Origin: Candidatus Saccharimonadales bacterium
Lineage (GTDB): Bacteria; Patescibacteriota; Saccharimonadia; Saccharimonadales; EFPC-124
Length of the DNA stretch: 64,000 nt
Assembly: GCA_035280845.1 (NCBI GenBank)
Contig: DATEFB010000004.1
Coordinates: 18,341-82,340, forward strand
Direction: 5' to 3'
Part shown: positions 27,219 to 35,837 of the stretch, in pieces
How positions within the stretch are numbered: the stretch's first letter is position 1
Layout of the letters: every line of letters starts with the position of its first letter
Notes under the pieces: model-generated
Databases searched by the model: none
What the model was told of the DNA's origin: nothing
What the model saw: the letters and a program-made list of their open reading frames with translations, nothing else
Position numbers and translations under genes: made by a program

Positions 27219-28511
27219 TTGATCAAGCGTTTGGTGCCCGCGGCTCTTGTCGCGGTAAGCACCATGGTGCTGACGTTGTCCGTATCGGTTCCTGCAGCAG
27301 CGAGCGACCGTAGCGTCGTGGTGGATTCGGCCTCGGCCGAACATTGGACCGGCAAGGTCCAGGCCACGACGCCACACATCAAGCACGTCCCCGAGTGCCA
27401 GAACACCGGTTGCGATTCGGTCAGCCTGCGGGTTGACCTGCCGCGCCGGCTCGAAGGCGCGCCGGGTGGCGTGCACGTCAAGCTCCAGCTCCTGGGCGCC
27501 ACGCCCGACGACAGTGTCGGTCTGGTGATCTACAACAAGAAGCAGGTCGTTGCGCACTCGTCGGCGCAGATCGGGCCCGCGCGGTCCGTCCTGTTGCCTA
27601 GTGTGGACGCCAGGTACACCGTGTACGTGTACTACAACCCCATGGCGCGCGAGCTGGGTTCGCCCAGACTCAAGTACGAAGCGTACGCGCGCTACGAGGC
27701 CAAGCCCACGTACCCGGGCCCGACGAGTGAACTGCTCCCGGACCTCCAGGCGCTCCCGCAGCGCTACGTGACGTTCGAGAGTCCGGTCACGTTCTTCGAT
27801 GACACGGTGTCGTCGGAGTACCCGTCGTGCTTCAGAAGTGAAGCAGAGGAAGAGCCGTTCGCCAAGCTCTGCTTCCGATTCGGCCAGGCCATGGCCAACA
27901 TCGGCAAGGGCCCGATGGACGTGCGGTACTCGACGCCTCCTGGCGACAGGCCGCACGAGGTGGCCGGCTACCAGCGCGTCTACCGCACCGACGGTACGTT
28001 CTACGACCTGCCGTCGGTCGGCACCATGCACTACCACGAGATTCACTCGCACTACCACTTCGAAGACTTCGCGGTCTCCGAGTTGTGGACGGTGGATTCG
28101 AACGGCAACCTGGCACAGAAGGTCGCCAGTGGCAGCAAGAACGGGTTCTGTGCTGCCGACACCGAGCTGTTCTGGTGGAACGCGAACGGCCCGCGGGCCG
28201 ACGTGCAGTCGTTCCCGGCGCCGCGCTGCCTGGAGCCGCAGACCGTCGACCCCGACGGCACTGCGCACTTCAAGCACGGCATCAGCACCGGCTGGGCCGA
28301 CGAATACTGGTGGGCGCTGCCCGACCAGATGATCGACGTGCACGGTCTGCCCGACGGGACCTACGCGCTCGTTACCAAGGTCGACCCGGCCGGGAAGATC
28401 AAGGAGACGGACGACAGCAACAACTGCAACCGCATCACCGTGACCCTGAGCGGACTCGCCACTTCGGCCCCAGCGGCCGCCGCCCTGGCTGGTTCTGCTC
28501 GCCCCTGCTAG
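27219..28511 (+). CDS. Secreted lysyl-oxidase-family (copper/LTQ amine oxidase) protein
   Basis: 430 aa, TTG start with GAAAGAGG upstream, signal peptide ...SVPAAASD. The C-terminal half is collinear with the animal LOX catalytic domain: LPDLQALPQRY, MHYHEIHSHYHFEDF (Cu site), SKNGFCAADT (LTQ Lys), GWADEY (LTQ Tyr), DGTYALVTKVDP...ETDDSNN. Confidence 0.8.
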   Translation: MIKRLVPAALVAVSTMVLTLSVSVPAAASDRSVVVDSASAEHWTGKVQATTPHIKHVPECQNTGCDSVSLRVDLPRRLEGAPGGVHVKLQLLGATPDDSVGLVIYNKKQVVAHSSAQIGPARSVLLPSVDARYTVYVYYNPMARELGSPRLKYEAYARYEAKPTYPGPTSELLPDLQALPQRYVTFESPVTFFDDTVSSEYPSCFRSEAEEEPFAKLCFRFGQAMANIGKGPMDVRYSTPPGDRPHEVAGYQRVYRTDGTFYDLPSVGTMHYHEIHSHYHFEDFAVSELWTVDSNGNLAQKVASGSKNGFCAADTELFWWNANGPRADVQSFPAPRCLEPQTVDPDGTAHFKHGISTGWADEYWWALPDQMIDVHGLPDGTYALVTKVDPAGKIKETDDSNNCNRITVTLSGLATSAPAAAALAGSARPC

Positions 28512-28546
28512 GCCCCTGGCACACCAGGGACGGACTGCCAACTAAA

Positions 28547-28580
28547 GGCGGGCGAGGCATCGAGAGATGCCTCGCCCGCC
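28547..28580 (+). terminator. GC-rich hairpin terminator of the LOX-like gene
   Basis: Perfect 15-bp stem ggcgggcgaggcatc / gatgcctcgcccgcc with a 4-nt loop, 35 nt after the stop. Confidence 0.65.
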
Positions 28581-28694
28581 GCCCCTCCTGGACTTATTTG
28601 TTTTAGAATCCGCTCTTAGAAGCGCTAATCACCCGGTCGTTTAATTAACGCTGCGCTTTGGCATCCTGGCCTGCGTGTGGATTATACTGTGAGC

Positions 28695-29720
28695 ATGAAA
28701 CTCACAATCCCCGAACTGCAGTCCTTATTAACCAAAGCGGCAGAACGTATTGTTTCGCCAGAAGAGGCGGCATATTTTGCCAAAGAGACCATCGAAACAC
28801 ACCTGCGTAAATCGCCCCGAAGCAACCCGTTAAAGGCAGCGATCGGCGACCTAGAGGCGAGCCTTAAGCACAAAGACACACCAATCCATTACAGGACTGA
28901 CTTGCCAGGCTTTTTCTCGGTCAATTTTGAGGGCCACGGCCCGCTTGTATACATGCAGCGCATACATAACGAGCTCGAACAACGTTCATTAAAAAACGGC
29001 ATTGCAATGGCGGCATTTACCAACTCCCAAAGCATGCACACGCTGCATGCCTGGGTGCAAGGCCTGGCAAAACGCGGCATGCTTGCGATTGCAGTATGCA
29101 ATGGCGGCCCGGCAGCAGTCATACCTTTTAACGGTACAAAAGGTTTGTTGGGCACCAACCCAATGGCGTATGGCATTCCGGGCGAGAATGGTGACATTTT
29201 TTGCGTAGACATGGCCACATCAGAGATCCCCTACTTTGATATCCTGGATGCCAACAAAGCTAAGACGCCACTGCGCGACGGCGTTGCAGTAGACGAAACC
29301 GGTACATTTACCACAGATGCCAGTAAAGCGCTCGATTTTAGTAAGAGCCAATCTGACCCCGTGTCGAATATTGTGCCCATGGGCGGTGGTTACAAGGGCT
29401 ACTACATCGTGTACTTGATGGAGATTCTTACGTCGGCGCTGGTCGGCATGCCTTCTGGTCCCGAGTTGAGCGATGATTACGTGGCCGAAGAACACGGCTC
29501 AATTATCATTGCCTTTAACCCCAAAGCTATGGGTACGGAAGCGTCGTTTCAGGCGTCAGTCCGAGCCTTGCACGCTGCGCTAAAAGCGCAAGAACCAAAG
29601 AAGGGCCAAACTATTCGTATACCTGGTGAAGAAAACAGTAGGCACTATGCCGCACAAAAAAATGAGCCCGTAGAACTTGACGATGCGCTCGCCGCAAGAC
29701 TCGACGCGTTATTGGTCTAG
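28695..29720 (+). CDS. Ldh_2 family (malate/L-lactate/L-sulfolactate dehydrogenase type 2) oxidoreductase
   Basis: About 341 aa from ATG 28695: GTNPMAYGIP, DMATSEIPY, VPMGGGYKGYYIVYLMEILTSAL. Confidence 0.8.
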   Translation: MKLTIPELQSLLTKAAERIVSPEEAAYFAKETIETHLRKSPRSNPLKAAIGDLEASLKHKDTPIHYRTDLPGFFSVNFEGHGPLVYMQRIHNELEQRSLKNGIAMAAFTNSQSMHTLHAWVQGLAKRGMLAIAVCNGGPAAVIPFNGTKGLLGTNPMAYGIPGENGDIFCVDMATSEIPYFDILDANKAKTPLRDGVAVDETGTFTTDASKALDFSKSQSDPVSNIVPMGGGYKGYYIVYLMEILTSALVGMPSGPELSDDYVAEEHGSIIIAFNPKAMGTEASFQASVRALHAALKAQEPKKGQTIRIPGEENSRHYAAQKNEPVELDDALAARLDALLV

Positions 29721-30260
29721 TAACAACGCAAGCGTTTTAAAGGTAGAGGCCGGAAACGCATGCCTCATAACAATCCACGCGCTACAGCCGTCATAGAGTA
29801 GCAGCAGCTGTTCGGCTAGCACGGTTGGATTTTTGGCGCCCAAACGCGTGGCCTGTTCCAGAAAATAGTCATACAATTTGGTTTTAAACTCGGTGACTAC
29901 TTTAACACCGGCCACGTAGGTACTGCGTAGTTCAATGCTCGTGTTCATTAAGATGCAGCCATAGAAATCTTCCTTCTCGGCCATGGGCTCTACCATGCTA
30001 AAGACGTGCATTATGCGCTCTTTGGGGTCGTCGGATTCCGAGGCTGTACACGCTTCAAACCATGCTTCTCCCAGCGAAGACATTGCTGCAACCACCAGAT
30101 TTTCTTTGGTTGCAAAGTGCGCATACAGTGTGCGCTTAGACACGTTCGCGGCCTCAGCAATCTGAGCAACGCCCACTGCGTTTATGCCGTGCGCGTAAAA
30201 AAGTTTTGCCGCCGTAGTAACAATGCGGTCTCTGGGCTTCTGCCTGGTGGGCTCATTCAT
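29709..30260 (-). CDS. TetR-family transcriptional regulator
   Basis: 183 aa: RDRIVTTAAKLFYAHGINAVGVAQIAEAANVSKRTLYAHFATKENL. Confidence 0.85.
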   Translation of the reverse strand: MNEPTRQKPRDRIVTTAAKLFYAHGINAVGVAQIAEAANVSKRTLYAHFATKENLVVAAMSSLGEAWFEACTASESDDPKERIMHVFSMVEPMAEKEDFYGCILMNTSIELRSTYVAGVKVVTEFKTKLYDYFLEQATRLGAKNPTVLAEQLLLLYDGCSAWIVMRHAFPASTFKTLALLLDQ

Positions 30261-30347
30261 GCACGAATTATACCAAAAGTACTTGCAAAAGTAAACCGAT
30301 CGGTTTACTATAACAATTAGTTACTAATAACAAAGGATTTTTATAGC

Positions 30348-30821
30348 ATGAGCGCGCAAAGTTACACCACTTCTTTTACAGTGGACCAGTCGCCCGAGGA
30401 AGTATTTAAGGCCGTCACAAACGTTCGGGGATGGTGGTCAGAAGGTATTCAGGGCGGCACTGAAAAACAGGATGACGAGTTTGTCTTCGAAGTACCAGGC
30501 GTCCACTTCTCCAGGCAAAAACTGGTAGAGGTCATTCCTGGGGAGCGTGTTGTTTGGCTTATCACCGAAGCTACCATGACATTCATACAGCAAAAGGACG
30601 AGTGGGTCGGCACCAAAGTTATTTTTGACATTACCAAGGAGGGCGACAAAACCAAGCTCACCTTTACGCACGAGGGTCTTGTTCCGCACATTGAATGCTA
30701 CAAGTTTTGCATGCCAGCCTGGGAACAATACGTAGATGGCAGTTTGTTTAAGTTAGTGACGACCGGTCGGGGAACGCCAAACCTCGAAGGCTCTTCTATA
30801 GAGAAGCCGGCCGAAGTTTAG
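30348..30821 (+). CDS. SRPBCC domain protein
   Basis: 157 aa: FTVDQSPEEVFKAVTNVRGWWSEGIQG...; divergent from the TetR gene. Confidence 0.75.
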   Translation: MSAQSYTTSFTVDQSPEEVFKAVTNVRGWWSEGIQGGTEKQDDEFVFEVPGVHFSRQKLVEVIPGERVVWLITEATMTFIQQKDEWVGTKVIFDITKEGDKTKLTFTHEGLVPHIECYKFCMPAWEQYVDGSLFKLVTTGRGTPNLEGSSIEKPAEV

Positions 30822-31175
30822 TTATTGCTTCCGCAGAATTTTTTCCATGGCTTTCCCGTTTGCCAGCTCGTCAATGAGCTTGTCTAGGTAACGGATCTCT
30901 TTCATGGTCGGTTCCTTAATGTCTTCTACACGCACGCCGCAAATCATGCCCTTAATTAAGGCTCGCGAGGGGTTGAGCTTGGGCGCTTCGTCAATAAAAC
31001 GCTGGAACTCAGTTTGCTTTTCTAGCTGTGCATCTAACTGTTTCTGGCTGTAGCCCATAAGCCAGCGGATGATTTCATCGACTTCTTCTTTGGTGTGGCC
31101 TTTTCTCTCTACCTTGGCAATGTACAGGGGATAGACGCGCGAGAAGCTCATTCTATAAATGCGGTCGTTGTTCAT
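30822..31175 (-). CDS. DUF2200 family protein
   Basis: Starts at [42 protein letters not shown] (ATG at 31175). The longer track ORF up to 31217 would run through the island-C hairpin. Confidence 0.7.
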   Translation of the reverse strand: MNNDRIYRMSFSRVYPLYIAKVERKGHTKEEVDEIIRWLMGYSQKQLDAQLEKQTEFQRFIDEAPKLNPSRALIKGMICGVRVEDIKEPTMKEIRYLDKLIDELANGKAMEKILRKQ

Positions 31176-31206
31176 ATTGTTTAGCTTATCACGGTGGATG
31201 TGAGGT

Positions 31207-31242
31207 GTGACGTCCATGCTGCTTGCGCGGCATGGACGTCAC
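31207..31242 (-). terminator. GC-rich hairpin after the lipoprotein gene
   Basis: Perfect 13-bp stem gtgacgtccatgc / gcatggacgtcac with a 10-nt loop, 2 nt after the stop (31245-31247). Confidence 0.6.
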
Positions 31243-31244
31243 TG

Positions 31245-31649
31245 TCATTGCGTGCAGCCCAATCTTTCGGCGACGCCCGGGACCGCCCTGAGGCTTGCCG
31301 CCGTCATGTTGGTGGTGTCGGTGCCCGGGCTGATCTCGGCCATGGGCTTTCCGCCGATGCTCAGCACCGTGAACGACGTGGGCATTGCGGCCTCTGGTGC
31401 CACCGGCCCCGCGATCGTGATGTTGGTGCTGCACCCCTGTAGCCGAACATTGGACAGCCAGCGGGTTGATTCGTAGTAAGGAATCCCCGCCACGCCGTAG
31501 CCGGCGGCCACAGTTTGCCGCGTCAGGACATTCTGCTGTTCCTGTGGGACGAAGCCTGCTGTAGTGGTAGGTGCAGGCTCGGGCTCGGACCCGCTGCATC
31601 CCGCAAGCAATACTGCTGCCACGCTTAGTGACAACAAGAGGGCTTTCAT
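31245..31649 (-). CDS. Lipoprotein, function unknown
   Basis: 134 aa. The signal peptide has a lipobox (MKALLLSLSVAAVLLAGCSG), followed by a Pro/Thr linker. AAGGAGAG Shine-Dalgarno upstream; GC3-rich codons. Confidence 0.7.
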   Translation of the reverse strand: MKALLLSLSVAAVLLAGCSGSEPEPAPTTTAGFVPQEQQNVLTRQTVAAGYGVAGIPYYESTRWLSNVRLQGCSTNITIAGPVAPEAAMPTSFTVLSIGGKPMAEISPGTDTTNMTAASLRAVPGVAERLGCTQ

Positions 31650-31869
31650 TCGCTCTCCTTTGGTCGGATGACAATGTAAGTTATATCATTATATTCAAGG
31701 TTTGCAAAGTAATTTTAGAACATGCCTAGTGGTGGCTCGGGTGCTTCGCCTCTTCCTCTTTGCGGAACAGGGCGATTTTTTTGACCACTTCATAGGGAAA
31801 TGGCTCGGAATACGGCAGATGAAAGGCGACCCATTGTCCCCTTTCTGCTAAATCTGCTACGCTCTACTC

Positions 31870-32208
31870 ATGGAAATATTGAAGTTTATGAACCTTGCTT
31901 TGGCCTTTCTGCTAGAGTTGGCAGTCGTTGCCGCATACGCCTACTGGGGTTTTGGTTTGCAGGCAAATGCTTTTGTGAAGGTGTTGGCGGGCATTGGCAT
32001 TCCACTTGCTGTTATTGTGCTCTGGGCGTTCTTTTTTGCGCCAAAAGCAGGCTATCGGCTGGATATGCCCTGGCTCATGATTGGCAAGGCGCTTATTTTT
32101 GGAGGCGCGGCAGTGTGTTTGTACACCCGTGATGCCTCGCTTGGCTTGGCGCTCGGAGGTATTATTATCGTCCACCTGGCGCTTGCCATGGTGTGGGACC
32201 AAAAATAG
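31870..32208 (+). CDS. DUF2568 (YrdB-like) small membrane protein
   Basis: 112 aa, four helices: MEILKFMNLALAFLLELAVVAAYAYWGF. Confidence 0.6.
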   Translation: MEILKFMNLALAFLLELAVVAAYAYWGFGLQANAFVKVLAGIGIPLAVIVLWAFFFAPKAGYRLDMPWLMIGKALIFGGAAVCLYTRDASLGLALGGIIIVHLALAMVWDQK

Positions 32209-32298
32209 AAGAAGCTTATCCCCATCTTGCGCCAACGGTCGCAGGCAAGTGGGCTCGCATTAAAGTGAGCGATGCCCATTGTATAGATATGAAAGAGG

Positions 32299-32652
32299 TT
32301 ATTTATCTGACCACACCGCAAGCTGGTTGCCGGCAGGATCAGTAAACGCAAAGCGCCTTCCGCCCGGGAAGGCGCTTATTTTGTGGGTGATAGCGCCGCC
32401 CTCGCGCACAATAGTTGCTTCAGTAGCTTCCAGGTCTTCAGCGTAAATGACTGCCAATGGCATGGTCTGCTCTTTGGTTTGACTGCCGTTTACTGCGGCG
32501 GCGACACCGCTGTCGTGGGTATCTGAATACGTGTCTCCCCACTCTTTAAACCGCCAGCCAAAGACGGCGCTAAAGAATTTTGAAACCGCTTTGGTTTCTT
32601 CGGCGGAAGAGGCAGGAAACTCAACGAGATCGATGTGGTTGTTTGTGCTCAT
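32299..32652 (-). CDS. VOC/glyoxalase-fold protein
   Basis: Starts at MSTNNHIDLVEFPASSAEETKAVSKFFSAVFGW (ATG 32652); C-terminal TDPAGNQLAVW. Confidence 0.75.
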   Translation of the reverse strand: MSTNNHIDLVEFPASSAEETKAVSKFFSAVFGWRFKEWGDTYSDTHDSGVAAAVNGSQTKEQTMPLAVIYAEDLEATEATIVREGGAITHKISAFPGGRRFAFTDPAGNQLAVWSDK

Positions 32653-32722
32653 GATGTTATTATACTGGGCTGGTGCGAAAAATCCCCCGTCCCTATTGCC
32701 TGCAAAATGTATACTTGAAAGC

Positions 32723-33106
32723 ATGAAGATAACTCACATTAACCCCGACGAATTATACAAAAGCCCCGTGTTCTCGCAGGCAGTGCTGGCCGAAGGCGGC
32801 AAGACATTATACATAGGTGGCCAGGATGGCATTTTGCCTGATGGAAAAATGGCCGGCGATACCTTTGCCGCCCAGACTGCGCAGGCATTAAAGAATGTGC
32901 TCGCAATACTGGCCTCGGTTGGCGCCACACAAGAAAACGTTGTTAAGCAGACTATTTATGCGGTAAAAGGCCAGGACATTCAGGAAGGGTTCGCTGCCGC
33001 AAAAGAAGTGTGGGGCAATTTTCCGTCAGCTGTCAGCTTTGTGTTCGTTGAATCACTCGCCGTACCCGGTGCACTGGTAGAGATCGAAGCCATCGCCGTC
33101 GTATAG
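32723..33106 (+). CDS. RidA/YjgF/L-PSP family protein
   Basis: Starts at MKITHINPDELYKSPVFSQAVLAEGGKTLYIGGQ (ATG 32723); C-terminal PGALVEIEAIAV. Confidence 0.8.
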   Translation: MKITHINPDELYKSPVFSQAVLAEGGKTLYIGGQDGILPDGKMAGDTFAAQTAQALKNVLAILASVGATQENVVKQTIYAVKGQDIQEGFAAAKEVWGNFPSAVSFVFVESLAVPGALVEIEAIAVV

Positions 33107-33125
33107 GCCGCTCTTCTGGTATGCT

Positions 33126-33683
33126 GTGTTCATGAAGAACCATACGCTTAAGCAGCGTTTTAAAGCGCTTTTTCTGGACTATTTGATCATCCTGCTGTGG
33201 ATGGCTGTTCTTGCGGCCGTTAATGTAATTCTGTTTATTGTGATCTTCGATGGATTCCCTGATTACCTTGGTATGTTCGGGCCATTTTGGACGCAGCTTA
33301 TATTCTTTGGCGTCCTGACACTTCCTGTGGGATTGTTCTTGTATTGCTCGGAGGCGGGCCCCCGGCATGCTACATTCGGGAAGCGGAAAGCTCATCTAAA
33401 AGTTGTCTCTACCGATGGGTCTTGGGCAACCCGCAAACAAACCGCCGTGCGAACAGTTGTAAAGTTGCTTCCCTGGGAATTGTCCCATGCGTTCATATGG
33501 CAGATGCAATACGTGTTTTACGAGCATGGCTACGAGGCGGCGGTTCCGGCTTGGATTTTTGTAGGCCTCAACGTCGCTACTCTGATGGCTCTGGTGTATG
33601 TCATGCTGGTTGTTGTTCGCAAAGACCGCCGTTCGGTGCATGATTTGGTCGCGGGCACGAAAGTTGTCTCGAGCAACAAATAG
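33126..33683 (+). CDS. RDD-family membrane protein
   Basis: 185 aa, three helices. ATFGKRKAHLKVVSTDG and SVHDLVAGTKVV are RDD-family hallmarks. Confidence 0.65.
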   Translation: MFMKNHTLKQRFKALFLDYLIILLWMAVLAAVNVILFIVIFDGFPDYLGMFGPFWTQLIFFGVLTLPVGLFLYCSEAGPRHATFGKRKAHLKVVSTDGSWATRKQTAVRTVVKLLPWELSHAFIWQMQYVFYEHGYEAAVPAWIFVGLNVATLMALVYVMLVVVRKDRRSVHDLVAGTKVVSSNK

Positions 33684-33690
33684 ATAGTCG

Positions 33691-33954
33691 CTAAGGGCGG
33701 CCCGTCAGGTGTACCGTAATGGTGTCCCCGGGCTGCTTTTGCATGGCTTTAAGCATCTTTTTGCTGACTGGTAAAAACTGTGTGCCATCGCCCCAAGGCA
33801 TAAAGGCGGTTTGAAACTCCACGCCACCCATTGTGCCCATAACTTTCACTGATTTGGTGGAGCCAAAGAAATCAACCGATTCTGGCCAGACCACGCAGAT
33901 CCATCCGTTTCGGTCTTCGATAATTGCTTTGAATGTTTTTGGAAATTCTTTCAT
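33691..33954 (-). CDS. DUF1905 family protein
   Basis: 87 aa: FKAIIEDRNGWICVVWPE...VKVMGTMGGVEFQTAFMPWGDGTQFLPV. Confidence 0.65.
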   Translation of the reverse strand: MKEFPKTFKAIIEDRNGWICVVWPESVDFFGSTKSVKVMGTMGGVEFQTAFMPWGDGTQFLPVSKKMLKAMQKQPGDTITVHLTGRP

Positions 33955-33971
33955 GAAGCCATTGTACTAAC

Positions 33972-34508
33972 TTGACAAAATTTTGTCAAACTTGTACAAT
34001 GCTGAGTATGAGTTCAACAAATGTGCCAAACGATCCATTTAGTCTTTTTTCATTGAGCGTTTTTGCGGTTAACGGTGTACTTATGCGTTCGGGTGATATT
34101 ATTACGCGCTCCCTGGGCCAAAGCAGCGCCAGGTGGCAAGTGCTAGGCCGCGCCGGATACCAGCCGCAAACCGTCTCGCAGATGGCTCGCGACATGGGCG
34201 CCTCTCGTCAGAGCGTGCAATACACCGCCGATACCCTCGCCAAAGAAGGCCTTATTCTGTACGCCGACAACCCCGCCGACCGCCGCGCGCGGGTTCTGCG
34301 GCTCACGCCAAAAGGCAGTGATGTACTGGCGGCTATTTATGCCCGCGACCATGTATGGACACAGCGCGTCATGGCCGACCTTAACCCTGCGCAGCTTTTA
34401 GAATTGGCGCAGGCGCTAGAAAGTGTTACGCGTATTGTCGAAACCCACCTCGACCGTGATATCTCAGCAAAGAACAAGGAGCACAACCATGAAGACAACA
34501 ACATCTAA
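33972..34508 (+). CDS. MarR-family transcriptional regulator
   Basis: WQVLGRAGYQPQTVSQMARDMGASRQSVQYTADTLAKEGLILYADNPADRRA. Start uncertain (several Met/TTG near 33972-34011). Confidence 0.75.
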   Translation: MTKFCQTCTMLSMSSTNVPNDPFSLFSLSVFAVNGVLMRSGDIITRSLGQSSARWQVLGRAGYQPQTVSQMARDMGASRQSVQYTADTLAKEGLILYADNPADRRARVLRLTPKGSDVLAAIYARDHVWTQRVMADLNPAQLLELAQALESVTRIVETHLDRDISAKNKEHNHEDNNI

Positions 34509-35274
34509 AGACGGCACCGTCCTTGCCTATGACGTGTATGGTAGCGGGCCGGCGCTCATTTATATAACTGGCGCGAGCTGTTTCCGCAATTTTATGCCGA
34601 TTGTGCAAGACGCAAAGGTGTTCGGCCAAGAGTTCACTGTGTATAACTATGACCGGCGCGGCCGCGGTGACAGCGGCGATACGCAGCCGTGGTCTGTTGA
34701 GCGTGAAGTCGAAGACATTGAGGCAATGATTGATGCTGCCGGAGGCAAGGCGGTGCTGTACGGCCATTCTTCGGGTGCGGTATTGGCGCTTGAGGCAAGC
34801 TTGAGGCTGGGCGATAAAATTACAAAAGCCGTCATGTACGATGCGTCATACGTACACGACGAAGCCGAGAAGGCAGAATACGCTGTACTTGTCCAAAAGA
34901 TCCGCCAATTGCTTGATGCGGGCAAAAACGCAGCCGCGATGAAAGGCTTTTTGCAGGGTATTGGCATGCCAAGGCTGTTTGTTTCGTTGCTGCCAGTGTT
35001 CCCCGGCTGGAAAACAATGAAGGCGCTCGCACCAACCCTCGCCTACGACATGGCTTTAACAAGCGATGTTCCGCCCGTGGGACGGGCAGCGACCTGCACT
35101 GTGCCGATTCAGGTTGTCGTTGGACAAAAAAGCCCTGCGCGTCTGCAGGGCGTGGCGGACCAGTTGGCAAAAGCAATCCCTGGCGCTACATGCATACAAT
35201 TGGCGGGCCAGGATCACATGGTCGGGGCAAAAGCACTGTTGCCTATTCTGGTGAACTTCTTAAAAAAGACATAA
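34489..35274 (+). CDS. Alpha/beta hydrolase
   Basis: ATG 34489 preceded by AAGGAG. MKTTTSKDGTVLAYDVYGSGPALIYITG, nucleophile elbow GHSSGA, C-terminal GQDHMV. Confidence 0.8.
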   Translation: MKTTTSKDGTVLAYDVYGSGPALIYITGASCFRNFMPIVQDAKVFGQEFTVYNYDRRGRGDSGDTQPWSVEREVEDIEAMIDAAGGKAVLYGHSSGAVLALEASLRLGDKITKAVMYDASYVHDEAEKAEYAVLVQKIRQLLDAGKNAAAMKGFLQGIGMPRLFVSLLPVFPGWKTMKALAPTLAYDMALTSDVPPVGRAATCTVPIQVVVGQKSPARLQGVADQLAKAIPGATCIQLAGQDHMVGAKALLPILVNFLKKT

Positions 35275-35289
35275 AAATGTGATTTGACA

Positions 35290-35320
35290 CCGCGCGGAGG
35301 GCAAATGCTCCTCCACGCGG
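35290..35320 (-). terminator. GC-rich hairpin downstream of the island-D gene
   Basis: 11-bp stem ccgcgcggagg / cctccacgcgg (one G-U pair on the minus-strand RNA) with a 9-nt loop, 16 nt after the stop. Confidence 0.5.
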
Positions 35321-35336
35321 CGTCACCGATCTGCTC

Positions 35337-35837
35337 TTATGGCAGGTTGATCTGAGGTGCTGCGCGCTTGAACTCTGCGACCGCCAGACCGAGCGGGGCA
35401 ATCGCTATCGCCCGCAGGTACACGACGCGCTCACCCTTTGCCTGGGTGTCGCCGACCATGTACATGGCCACAGGCAGTTGGAAGCTGACGCTCGTGGCAC
35501 AGGCCAAGGCCCATCGCTGAACGTCAGATGTGCCAGGGCCGACATACTGTTCGGCAACACGGTCCTGGTCGCGCACCTTCTCGGGGCTGATGGTTGTGTC
35601 GGCGATGATCTTGCGAAGGTCAGCCGCGCTGATCCCGCGTCCGGGCCACATGCCCGAGTTTGCCGCGATGTACAACCCCTCCGCCGGGTACAGGCACGCG
35701 TACGTGTGAAACATGGTGGGCTCTACGACATCACCATGCAGCATCGGGCCCGAGATGTGGACGTCGTAGCACGACACCCGCTCGTTGGGCGGCAACTGGC
35801 CAAGGTGCCAACGTATCGCCCGCTCGATTGTTCTCAA
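35337..35837 (-). CDS. Hypothetical protein, no family recognised
   Basis: 166-aa ORF (MRTIERAIRWHLGQLPPNERVSCYDVHISGPMLHGD...). This frame has the G/C-ending codons; the overlapping + strand ORFs look like antisense artefacts. Confidence 0.55.
   Translation of the reverse strand: MRTIERAIRWHLGQLPPNERVSCYDVHISGPMLHGDVVEPTMFHTYACLYPAEGLYIAANSGMWPGRGISAADLRKIIADTTISPEKVRDQDRVAEQYVGPGTSDVQRWALACATSVSFQLPVAMYMVGDTQAKGERVVYLRAIAIAPLGLAVAEFKRAAPQINLP

Larger units (their letters stand above)
27180..28590. other. GC3-rich compositional island B (single gene plus hairpin)
   Basis: Hand counts: 36/60 and 40/60 G+C in lines 27241-27360, against 26/60 in line 26761-26820 of the flanking gene. 16/16 Lys codons are AAG. 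Long antisense shadow ORFs appear only inside this interval. Confidence 0.65.
31190..31660. other. GC3-rich compositional island C (single gene plus hairpin)
   Basis: There is an abrupt switch of codon style. The island sits in the spacer between the DUF2200 and DUF2568 genes. Confidence 0.6.

Noticed and set aside
27162-28541. 459-aa ORF on the minus strand, longer than the LOX-like ORF it overlaps.
   Set aside because: It is Arg/Val/Gly/His-rich low-complexity translation with no motifs. It is typical of an antisense shadow ORF in GC3-rich DNA. The plus frame has a signal peptide, the full set of LOX motifs and G/C at third positions.
31189-31674. 161-aa alternative minus frame and two plus-strand ORFs over the lipoprotein gene.
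   Set aside because: Only the 31245-31649 frame has a start with an SD, a lipobox signal peptide and GC3 periodicity.
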